A DNA stretch of 63,947 bases, counting the filler, from Nitrospinae bacterium RIFCSPLOWO2_12_FULL_45_22 (GTDB lineage: Bacteria > 2-12-FULL-45-22): NCBI GenBank assembly GCA_001803565.1. It is 6 parts of 6 records of this genome, joined end to end, with 100 filler letters (N's around TTAATTAATTAA, not from the genome) between each part and the next. Parts side by side here need not be neighbours in the genome. Positions count along the whole stretch, not along the records: positions 1 to 12,857 come from MHDQ01000147.1; positions 12,958 to 20,784 come from MHDQ01000148.1; 4 more parts are not named here. The stretch is one strand, 5' to 3'. The position numbers and the translations under genes are program-made. Shown in pieces: positions 10,517 through 18,923 of this stretch; the first letter of the stretch is position 1; the number at the start of each line of letters is the position of its first letter. The notes under the pieces are model-generated. The model was not told where the DNA came from and made no database searches. It saw nothing but the letters and a program-made list of their open reading frames with translations.

Positions 10517-10632
10517 GTGTAAAGCTAAGAAATAAGGCGTAAATCGTAAGGAGTGAGGGGTAAGGAGGCTCCCCTTTACGCTCTCACGATTCACTCCTTA
10601 CGCTCTAACCTTAGTTTTGCGCTTTAATCTTT
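10517..10632. repeat. Heptamer-based imperfect inverted repeat between convergent genes
   Basis: CGTAAGGAGTGAGG...CTCACGATTCACTCCTTACG; right arm matches 52051-52111 in reverse complement. Confidence 0.65.
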
Positions 10633-10644
10633 GGCGGGAATTTC

Positions 10645-11067
10645 CTAGGTCTTTTCTACCCGAACTTCCATCAAGACCTCTCCCCAGCCACCATTCTCTA
10701 CCCCTACATCGGTGCACCTAACCCTATTGAAGATGATCTTCTGGGGGTCTATCCCTTCAGCAATCTTATGCAAGACCATACCCACAAAGGGTAATACCGG
10801 CCCCAAGGCCCCCACACATACCTGACCCGGCGGTTCTTTGCTGACAAAACCGCCTAAGCCGGAAAAGATTAGCTTATCGCCTACTTTATGTTCCATAGCA
10901 CAGCCATAGGCATTGATCACTTCGGCTACTACCTTATATTTACCAAATTCTTCCATTTTCGCAATGACTTCCATATTTTTGGGATTGCTTTTCCAGAGCT
11001 CCCATTGGGCATCATTATAGCCTAATTGCTTTTTCAACCCTTCTAGAATTTCTTGACTCCTAGCCAT
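10645..11067 (-). CDS. Conserved hypothetical Cys-containing protein (TIGR04076-like)
   Basis: GC.xxHKVGD, C..AL, RC.DVG...GGWG.V pattern; GGGAGG RBS. Confidence 0.6.
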   Translation of the reverse strand: MARSQEILEGLKKQLGYNDAQWELWKSNPKNMEVIAKMEEFGKYKVVAEVINAYGCAMEHKVGDKLIFSGLGGFVSKEPPGQVCVGALGPVLPFVGMVLHKIAEGIDPQKIIFNRVRCTDVGVENGGWGEVLMEVRVEKT

Positions 11068-11168
11068 ATCTTTACCCTCCCTTTTTATGCCGTTACAAAG
11101 GGAACAAAACCTTTTTCTTAAAACCCTTTACCACAATTGATATTTCCCTGTCAAACACAAAATTTTCT

Positions 11169-11446
11169 GTAATAGTTTAGCCAAATAAAGTATCCCGAAG
11201 ACATGCCACGGATAAACACAGATGAGCACGGATCCCTCAGTTAACCTTTCTCTGCCACGAAGGCACCAAGGCGCTAAGGTTCAAAGACTAGTAAGCCGTA
11301 AGTAGTGAGGAGTGAGCCGATAGCTGGTAACTACTTACTGCTTGCTCCTCACTCTTCACGGGTTGCTCCTTAGTGACTTAGTGGCCTAATCTCTGCTTAT
11401 CTGTGTTCATCCGTGGCTAAAATCCTAATCTTGGCTAAACAGTTAC
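11169..11446. mobile_element. MITE with GTAA-type terminal inverted repeats and 10-bp target duplication
   Basis: GTAATAGTTTAGCCAA ... TTGGCTAAACAGTTAC flanked by AAAATTTTCT at 11159-11168 and 11447-11456. Confidence 0.8.
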
Positions 11447-11464
11447 AAAATTTTCTATGTCTTG

Positions 11465-12832
11465 TTAAAAGGTACGGGTGAGAGCGTATTCAAAAGTGGG
11501 GCAATAGTGCTCCACACCATATCTTTCCCGGCCCCTATCCCCCTGGAGCCACTCGAACCGGGCATCAAAACTCCAGAGCCCTTTTTTGAAACCGATCCCC
11601 CAGCTTACTCCCCATTCGTTGTCATAAGGAGTAGTAGTAAAACCTGCTATGTCGTCGCTCGGATAAGCTCCCCGATCCTGGAAATAACCACTCCGAAAAG
11701 TCCATCTATCATTGAATTTCCACTCCAAACCCACCCGGTAACGGGTAGTTGCGCGCCAATCGAGATCAACATTCATATCCTTTAACATCTTCATTTTTTC
11801 ATCGGCAATATTATAATTAAAATCCCATTTCATAGTAGTCCAATCCGAGCGCTGCCAATCAAAAGTAATAGTCAGTTTTTTAAGGGGTTTTAGAGCTATC
11901 CCGATACCCCAGGTAGCGGGCATAGGGAGGCGCTGGGTATAATTACTACTCTCATTTATCCCCAAGGCAGTCTGTCGGACAAAGGCATCCCCTTCTATTT
12001 CCAGCGAGTCACCCGTTCTATATACCGCCCCGATACTCAACCAGGGCCTTACCCGCCATAGGAGGCCAAAGACCCCTTCTAGTCCGATACCACGGCCCTC
12101 CTGTTCAAAATCATACGCATAGTTTAACTCAGGCTGGGTAGTACTGAAATAGTCCTTATCTATATTATATTGGACGTTACTAATTAGGATGTTCAGACCG
12201 GTTCCGAGAGATAAATTAGGGGTTATTTTTTTTGCTACTGAGAAATTAAGGATAGGCATCAAGAATAAGGCATGATAAGAGGCATCTATCCGGGCATTAT
12301 TTTGCCTATCCAGGATAGTATCATCCCAATCTAACCAGTTACCCAAAGGGGTATAAAGGGAGGCGCCAAAATTAAATCCTTTCCATTTAAAATAACCCCC
12401 CATGCTGGGCTGAAAAAAGGGCAGGTTAATCCATTCCCGCTCAAACCTCAGAGATTCAGAGCCATATATCCGGTTAAATACCTCGCCCCTCTTAATATAT
12501 TGCTGGGCCTGACGCTCGTTAGCCGGCAGATCCGGGTTTGATACGGAGTCATTATCTTTAGAAAAATCATTCATGTTATAAAGTACTATACCAAACCCCT
12601 TACCCTTCAGTTGAGTAATCCCGGCTGGATTCCAGTATATAGCGGTCCAATCATCGGCCAGGCCGATAAATGCGCCACCCATACCACCGGCCCTGGCCCC
12701 TAAGCCCTCCCACTCAAATCCTGCGGGATAAGCTAATGTGACATATCCTAAGATAGACAGAGAGATTACTGAATAAATAAATACCTTCAAAGAACCTCTT
12801 TTCAGCAACATAAATTCAAAAAATTGTAACAT
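11465..12832 (-). CDS. FadL/OmpP1/TodX-family outer-membrane transporter
   Basis: Signal peptide then AGF...GARAGGMGGAF...ADD.TAIYWNPAG; C-terminal Phe. Confidence 0.85.
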   Translation of the reverse strand: MLQFFEFMLLKRGSLKVFIYSVISLSILGYVTLAYPAGFEWEGLGARAGGMGGAFIGLADDWTAIYWNPAGITQLKGKGFGIVLYNMNDFSKDNDSVSNPDLPANERQAQQYIKRGEVFNRIYGSESLRFEREWINLPFFQPSMGGYFKWKGFNFGASLYTPLGNWLDWDDTILDRQNNARIDASYHALFLMPILNFSVAKKITPNLSLGTGLNILISNVQYNIDKDYFSTTQPELNYAYDFEQEGRGIGLEGVFGLLWRVRPWLSIGAVYRTGDSLEIEGDAFVRQTALGINESSNYTQRLPMPATWGIGIALKPLKKLTITFDWQRSDWTTMKWDFNYNIADEKMKMLKDMNVDLDWRATTRYRVGLEWKFNDRWTFRSGYFQDRGAYPSDDIAGFTTTPYDNEWGVSWGIGFKKGLWSFDARFEWLQGDRGRERYGVEHYCPTFEYALTRTF

Positions 12833-12857
12833 TTTAGCCCCCCAATAAGGCTTTATG

Positions 12858-12957
12858 NNNNNNNNNNNNNNNNNNNNNNNNNNNNNNNNNNNNNNNNNNN
12901 NTTAATTAATTAANNNNNNNNNNNNNNNNNNNNNNNNNNNNNNNNNNNNNNNNNNNN
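12858..12957. other. Artificial contig linker (N-TTAATTAATTAA-N)
   Basis: Six-frame-stop spacer inside an N run. Confidence 0.95.
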
Positions 12958-13416
12958 TTACTTTTCTACCGTAGACGAACTTACTTTTCTACCGTAGACG
13001 AACCGCTCGGGCAAGATGGAGTCACAAAAAAGGATTGGCTCTTGAGCGCTATTGCCTTTGAGACGTATTGGTTGAAGGGCGAGCTCTGGTCATTATTGCA
13101 GATCCAGCAATGGCAAGTCTTTGGTTACAACCACAACTTGCGCAGTATGGGCAAACTCCAAGAAGAGGATGAATGGGTCTTTCTCCTGGGATTTTCTAAA
13201 GATTTTAAATTTACTGATGACCGGTTAGGTGTCAACTGGACCAGTGCCTTCTTTGATGATGGGTCTGGTTTGCAACGCTATCAGATTAAATATATCATCT
13301 CCGATTATCTATCCTGCTGGGTGCGCTATTGGGGCTTTTATGGCCGTTCGGATGATAGATTCGGCATGTTTAAGGATCGGGATCAGATTGAGTTTGTCCT
13401 CACTTATGAGTTTTAA
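12958..13416 (+). CDS. C-terminal fragment of a DUF1302-like outer-membrane protein (5' lost at contig edge)
   Basis: Frame open upstream of 13042; C-terminus FGMFKDRDQIEFVLTYEF; DUF1329-like neighbours. Confidence 0.55.
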   Translation, partial: LLFYRRRTYFSTVDEPLGQDGVTKKDWLLSAIAFETYWLKGELWSLLQIQQWQVFGYNHNLRSMGKLQEEDEWVFLLGFSKDFKFTDDRLGVNWTSAFFDDGSGLQRYQIKYIISDYLSCWVRYWGFYGRSDDRFGMFKDRDQIEFVLTYEF

Positions 13417-14458
13417 TGGCCAGTATAGGGCTTCTAGGGGAGGGTTTTTCTGGCAAATCAGAAGCATCATTGATCGGGGGTATGGAGCCGCCTTTTGGTA
13501 AGCGCCATTGATATTGCTTTATTATCTGGCTGGGCACAAAGAAATCATCCCTAACCTCTTGATCAAATATCCAATCATACAACTGAACGATGGTACGGCT
13601 ATTGGTAATGATATTCAGACCGTTCCATTCTTCTCTTACCCAGTAGTTCCAGGGTTTGATCTGGCGCCACCGGTTCTCGATGACTTTCCAAAGCTTCCCT
13701 TGCCGATCAAACTGCTCCTCATGAAGAGTTAAAAAATTGTCCTTTTCTATCCATGATAATCTCTTTCCCAGATAATAAAGAGGATCCTGGTTTATACTTT
13801 CTACTATAAAACATTTCTGACCATTTATAGTGTCTTCGCCGATAATGCGGTGATATTCTTCCCAGGGTTCATATAGACTAAAATCATCCCGGGTCATCTC
13901 TGAACCAATAAAGTTATCCTTTTTAGGACGAGAAGGGGAACGTCTAACCTTTCTTAAATCGGGCGCCCAGATCCAGGTATCCTCCAGCTTAGTCTGTTCT
14001 TTAGAGGTTAATAATCTATGCCAAACTAGACCCAGCCCCCATTCATTGGGTGGGCTCAAATAAATAACCACCCTCTTTATCCGGACATCCCCAGGTTTAA
14101 TATCGCTATAGGTTAAAAGAGAGCGGTAGTTATTATAATAATATTTGTCCCTCTCTAGCCAAGTTTTGATGCTGATAAGACCATTAGCCCCTACCCGGAT
14201 AAAGCGACAGACCGCGTCATTATCCTTGGTCCCGGGATAAAGGTGGGTATCGGCATAAGTCATTAGTTCTAGCCCGGTGTAACCATATTTTTTCAGGTCC
14301 AGCTTTTCTTCTGGTGTTAGCTCCTTTCGGCCCTGCTGGAGCCGGGCAACCCAGGGATCGCCAATTAGCTCCTTAGGATTAATCCAATGGGCTGCCCAAG
14401 AAATAGAAAAGAATAAGGGGCAGAAGAAAAGAAATGTTATGAGCTTCGTTATCATCAC
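13400..14458 (-). CDS. DUF1329 / LolA-like outer-membrane lipoprotein-sorting family protein
   Basis: Signal peptide; WIWAPDLRKVRR, F.GSEMT.DD, EEQFDRQGKLWK. Confidence 0.75.
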   Translation of the reverse strand: MMITKLITFLFFCPLFFSISWAAHWINPKELIGDPWVARLQQGRKELTPEEKLDLKKYGYTGLELMTYADTHLYPGTKDNDAVCRFIRVGANGLISIKTWLERDKYYYNNYRSLLTYSDIKPGDVRIKRVVIYLSPPNEWGLGLVWHRLLTSKEQTKLEDTWIWAPDLRKVRRSPSRPKKDNFIGSEMTRDDFSLYEPWEEYHRIIGEDTINGQKCFIVESINQDPLYYLGKRLSWIEKDNFLTLHEEQFDRQGKLWKVIENRWRQIKPWNYWVREEWNGLNIITNSRTIVQLYDWIFDQEVRDDFFVPSQIIKQYQWRLPKGGSIPPINDASDLPEKPSPRSPILAIKTHK

Positions 14459-14467
14459 GTCTTTCTC

Positions 14468-15922
14468 TTATTCAAGGTTCTGGTATTTGGTACCATCGGC
14501 CCAGCCCATAGGGTCAAACCCAGCCCGGGCCTTCCACATATCCTGAGTAGCTTTGAATTTGGCTTTGACTTTTGGGTCAAGCCGCTCTATCCCAAGCCGG
14601 TCTTTATGCTTCTTCTCTTCATAAAGCAGGGGAAGGGGGGGAAAGTGCTCAGCTTTGGTCACAGGCCGAATCTTTAGCGGCGGACGCCAGAAATATTCCT
14701 TAGACAACTCAGGTATAGTATACTTGCTCTCTGGGATTTTAACACCAAATTTGTAACCACCAAGCCACTGAAATCCCCAATATTCCCGCTTTGCATCTCC
14801 GAATATCATGGTAGTCTTTCCCCAAGAAAACCTTCCTTTATAGGAATTAGGATAGGGCTTCCAGGTAGAATTTCCTAACCCCAACCGGTAAAGGTTACCC
14901 TGATGGTCAAAATGTTCTTCCCGGAGGTGTAATTTGGTATGCTTCTCTATCCAGTTGAGGATATATCCCAGGTAATAATTAGGGTCTTTAGGGATAACCT
15001 TAACTACCCAGCACTCTAGTCCACCATCGGCCCGATAAGGATTCATAGCATCTCCCCAGACCCCTTCGCCCGGAAAGACTGGGTTATCTGCAATTACCTT
15101 TGGGTCTCCCAAGATGCCATAACCCTTCATGCCATTAACTTCGTAGATGGTATCTTCACCAATGATCTCATAATTGAACTCCCAGACCTGTCGCTCCCCA
15201 AAATCATCATTAGTTAAAGGGAAACCCAGGGCATCATCCTGGCGGTCACCACCGGCCGAGCGCCTCACCCGCCTCAAAGCCGGTACCCAGATATAGCGGT
15301 CTGGGTCTTTCCATCTCCCTGGGGCATTATTATACTTAATTTGTAGCTGGGCCAGGCCTCTGGTTTCTGGGGGGAAATCAAGAAGAGTAAAGGTTTTGAG
15401 CCAGATGGCATTGATCCCCTTCTTATAATGGACTATCTCATCAAACCGCTCCCAGTTCTGGGTCCGCATGAGATAGACATTTCTGTTAGTAACCAAACCC
15501 CGGCGGTTAATGGTAGGGAGATAGGTAAGGTAGTCCTGGGTTATACCTCCCTCACCATACCAAAAGTTAAGCTCCCGAAACCACATAAGCTCCTCCCCAG
15601 TATAAGGGACATCGCTCCGGGGCCAGGATGGCTTGAACGGAAACTTATCTCTGGGCATCCAGGGATATTCAGGATGACGGTGAGCCGGGTCGGTCCAGTC
15701 CTTTATTGGCTCTGCATAAGGAGTCCAACCTTTAATGTTTGAAGGTGCAGGTGCATAAGGGTCTATCTCTACCCATATACTTTTTCCCCTCTCAAATTTA
15801 ATCTTCTTACCTTCCAGGGCTAATGCTCTCGAAGGATTAAACCAGCAAAATACTAGACCCAGCAATAAGGCAACTTTATAACTGACCCTCTTCCTCTCCA
15901 TAAGACACGCCCTCCTCTCCAT
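14468..15922 (-). CDS. DUF1329 / LolA-like family protein
   Basis: Signal peptide; YIWVPALRRVRR, EEHFDHQGNLYR; paralog of 13400-14458. Confidence 0.75.
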   Translation of the reverse strand: MERRACLMERKRVSYKVALLLGLVFCWFNPSRALALEGKKIKFERGKSIWVEIDPYAPAPSNIKGWTPYAEPIKDWTDPAHRHPEYPWMPRDKFPFKPSWPRSDVPYTGEELMWFRELNFWYGEGGITQDYLTYLPTINRRGLVTNRNVYLMRTQNWERFDEIVHYKKGINAIWLKTFTLLDFPPETRGLAQLQIKYNNAPGRWKDPDRYIWVPALRRVRRSAGGDRQDDALGFPLTNDDFGERQVWEFNYEIIGEDTIYEVNGMKGYGILGDPKVIADNPVFPGEGVWGDAMNPYRADGGLECWVVKVIPKDPNYYLGYILNWIEKHTKLHLREEHFDHQGNLYRLGLGNSTWKPYPNSYKGRFSWGKTTMIFGDAKREYWGFQWLGGYKFGVKIPESKYTIPELSKEYFWRPPLKIRPVTKAEHFPPLPLLYEEKKHKDRLGIERLDPKVKAKFKATQDMWKARAGFDPMGWADGTKYQNLE

Positions 15923-16003
15923 CTTTATACCTCCCTTCTAGGACAGATGCATCTCATCTCTCCCAGGTGAATGGTCACACTCATGAATCGGAACTTAGTC
16001 AAT

Positions 16004-17230
16004 CTAGTCTAGCATTTCCATAAACTCTTCTATCCTATCCAGGTCTTGTTCTCGGCTGGCCCGGTGTCGTTCATCGCAGAGGTCGCCATCCAGGATTAAT
16101 GAGGGGATGCCCAAGTCTCGATGAATAATATCCTTCACAGCCAGGTTTTGACCCCCTAGAACCCGGCAGCCCCAATGAGATAGGATAACCAGGCCATCTA
16201 TTTTGTATTCATCAATAAGTTTCTTGATATAGTTGATCCTGAGCGGTAGATAATCTAGGTAGGCAAAGTTATGAATCATCCTCCTGGCCCAGCTCTCAGC
16301 GGGATGATCTGGGTCTAGTCGGCCGCCGGCCCATCCTATATCCAGGTCTGCTTTCACCAGCACACCGCCAAAATCCTCAAAATAATTGAACAGGCCTATG
16401 TCATACCACCATGCTGGTCCGCCCACTAATAACAGCCGATGCTTCTCCTCATCTATGACCCCTCGACCCTTATTGACCCGTTCTTGCATCTCGTTCCTAA
16501 CCTTTTGCAGGAAATGGGTTGCCTCGGGGGTGCCTGTCAGGGCCATAGGGACAAACAGGCTAACAACTTCGTCCATAGCACCAGAAGGACATGGAATAGC
16601 CTTTTTCAATTCAGAAATATCACTCCACAGTTCCAATGCCTCATTGGTCATACAGTAAACATCCCTCAGTCTATTCATATCCAGTTGCTCGCCAGTTTGC
16701 TGTTCCAGAAATTCAATCATCTCATTATATTGATAGGCAAAGTATCTTACACTCTCCTCAGATATTTTAAGCTCGCCCTCCTTAGATAGGCTGAATCCCC
16801 CGGAAATATCTATCATAAAGAAAGGCAGTCCTAATTTTTCCGCGATGACCTCTCCAGACTTACCCGCACTATCACAAAGGCAACCGAGGCCTACCACAAA
16901 ATCTGGCCTGGGGTACATGATCTCCTCCTGAGACAATAGGGCCCCGACGAAGCCCCGGTGGAGGGCTCACGAGTCCCTGCCGTAGCCATGGGCTTCTGCC
17001 AGGAGCAAATAAGGCATGCCAGCCCCGCCTTTGGCGCTCATCTGGGCCGTAAAACCCTCACAGAAAATCGGGACAATATCCATAGCAAGCAATAGTTCCC
17101 TGGGTGTACCGCTTAGATGCCAGCATACTGGTCTACCCTCCTCTTTCTTGCGCCGGGCCTTAACATGATAGTCCTTTATTAAGGGCCAGAGCGTGCGTGT
17201 TGCTTGCAAGCCATATCTCTTTACAGCCAT
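16004..17230 (-). CDS. 2-hydroxyacyl-CoA dehydratase family subunit (HgdA/FldB-like), 408 aa with in-frame TGA at codon 88 (candidate selenocysteine)
   Basis: ORFs 16967-17296 and 16004-16936 share a frame, separated only by TGA 16969-16967; readthrough gives GYGRDS-U-ALHRG...PRPDF...CLCD...HWGCR...DGDLCD. Confidence 0.75.
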
Positions 17231-17362
17231 GATTTTCCCTCCCTCTATTTTTACTTCGTGCTTCTTTTTTAATTCCAACCTATTGCGTAGGGGCAAATGT
17301 CTCTGCCTACCCTTAGTGGGTCTGTTAATCTCTTTTTTTATCTCCTTTATCCCTGGCAGGCA

Positions 17363-18490
17363 CTATGGCCGAGAAAGCATCTCTAAGAAAGCTTGAACTC
17401 GGGTCTTGACCTGTCCAATACTAAGTGAAGAGTGTTCTATCTCTAGCTCTAATGTAGGGATGTCATATCTCTTGAGCATATCTATACATTCCGGGGTGTC
17501 ATAGACAAAATTGTCACAAAACTTTATAAGGAAGATAATTACCCCATCTACCTGGAATTCCCGGGCCAAATTAATGATATGCTGAAACCGTTTTTCCCGG
17601 GGATGGATAAAAGGACAGGGAATTCTTTCCAGATAGTGGTTAACAAGGGCTTCAAGAGGATCTTTGTCCAGCTTAACTTGATCCCAAAAATACCGGCTAC
17701 CCATACACAAATCATCACTTACGACGATGGCTCCTGCATCCTCGACGGCTTTTATAAACGCCGGGTTATCAATCATGCTGCCAGTAATCAATATCCTTGG
17801 CTTTTTATCTGAACTGATACTTGGACTGCCTTTCAGTTTATCCAAAAGCCCCTTGATCAGGGAGCTGCTCTTCTCTTTTGGCAATATCATGCTAGAGCGG
17901 ACCACCTGGGCCACCTCATGCCCCCATATCTTTACCCCCCTTTCCTTATTACGCCATTGATAAACTTCCTTTAAAAGGGCACGGTTTTCGTTACATAGCC
18001 TTATAGCATGCCTCAATGCCTCAGAAGAAATTTTAACCTTGCCGAACTCCTCCAACTCAAAGATAAACCTCTCTATTTCTTTTTTATAATAACTATGAGT
18101 AAAATCCGATATCCGGTGAGGATGATCAATGACATACATAAAGGGAACCTTACTATATAGCTCCCATACATCGTGTAGCTTACGCATCTGGCCACAACTC
18201 CGGGCTGTAATCAATCCATCCAGAAACTGGTACCTACCTTCCAGGACTTCTCCTAAACAGCTCCGGATAAAAGAACAGATATTGACCTGTAAAACAGATT
18301 CGCCTTTATGACTTCCGTTTATACCGCCAAAGACCCTTATAGGTAGCATATCTGCAGCATAAATGATCTCTTCTGGTACATAGAGACAGGTATACCCCAT
18401 AACTTTTTTGTTCCTAGACTTCCAACCCGCTATCTCTTCTTGAGATAGTAAGGTCAACCTGGCCATATCAAACTCTTTTAAAATATCCAT
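17363..18490 (-). CDS. 2-hydroxyacyl-CoA dehydratase family subunit (HgdB/FldC-like)
   Basis: C.YVPEEII.AA, NICSF, DDLCMGSR, KFCD, TRVQAFLEML; GGAGG RBS. Confidence 0.88.
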   Translation of the reverse strand: MDILKEFDMARLTLLSQEEIAGWKSRNKKVMGYTCLYVPEEIIYAADMLPIRVFGGINGSHKGESVLQVNICSFIRSCLGEVLEGRYQFLDGLITARSCGQMRKLHDVWELYSKVPFMYVIDHPHRISDFTHSYYKKEIERFIFELEEFGKVKISSEALRHAIRLCNENRALLKEVYQWRNKERGVKIWGHEVAQVVRSSMILPKEKSSSLIKGLLDKLKGSPSISSDKKPRILITGSMIDNPAFIKAVEDAGAIVVSDDLCMGSRYFWDQVKLDKDPLEALVNHYLERIPCPFIHPREKRFQHIINLAREFQVDGVIIFLIKFCDNFVYDTPECIDMLKRYDIPTLELEIEHSSLSIGQVKTRVQAFLEMLSRP

Positions 18491-18630
18491 CACCTTTTCA
18501 TACCCTCCTTCTTTTTTTCTCCGATAAGTTTTGCTGACTGCTGCCACCTGACGGCTGGACGCTTGCCTATTTTTCATTGGCCAATTGACCAAATAATATA
18601 TAAAAAAAGAGGAAGAGTCAAAGAATTTTT

Positions 18631-18873
18631 GTAACGGTTCAGGTTCTTTGTCATTTCGAGCGCAGCGAGAAATCTTTCCGAGACCGGAGGTAAATAAAGA
18701 TTCCTCCCTTCGGTCGGAATGACATTCATTTTCGATAGGGTGTGGCTATTCTTTGTCATAAAGTTGGTGTAACTCGGGGCTTTAGCCCTGATTGGTCAAC
18801 CCTGAAGGGTTGAGTTACGGGTCTCTCTGACAGAAAATAGCCACACCCTTTTCTATAGGGGCTGAACGGTTAC
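18631..18873. mobile_element. Composite MITE (GTAAC TIRs, 8-bp TSD) with three internal repeat elements
   Basis: GTAACGGTTCAG...CTGAACGGTTAC flanked by GAATTTTT; inner TGTCATT...AATGACA (18649-18724), GGGTGTGGCTATT...AATAGCCACACCC (18738-18848), REP-like pair (18769-18818). Confidence 0.8.
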
Positions 18874-18923
18874 GAATTTTTTAAGGGAATTCCTATATGT
18901 TTAAATTTATTGCCTAGGAATTT

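Noticed and set aside
12958-13003. Exact 23-bp tandem duplication TTACTTTTCTACCGTAGACGAAC
   Set aside because: Two copies with no spacer at a contig edge, shifting the reading frame; most likely an assembly artefact and not a CRISPR repeat
18574-18759. Short ORFs over repeat elements (also 2019-2201, 52231-52422, 48459-48800)
   Set aside because: They coincide with MITE/REP sequence or lie antisense to real genes and show no protein motifs
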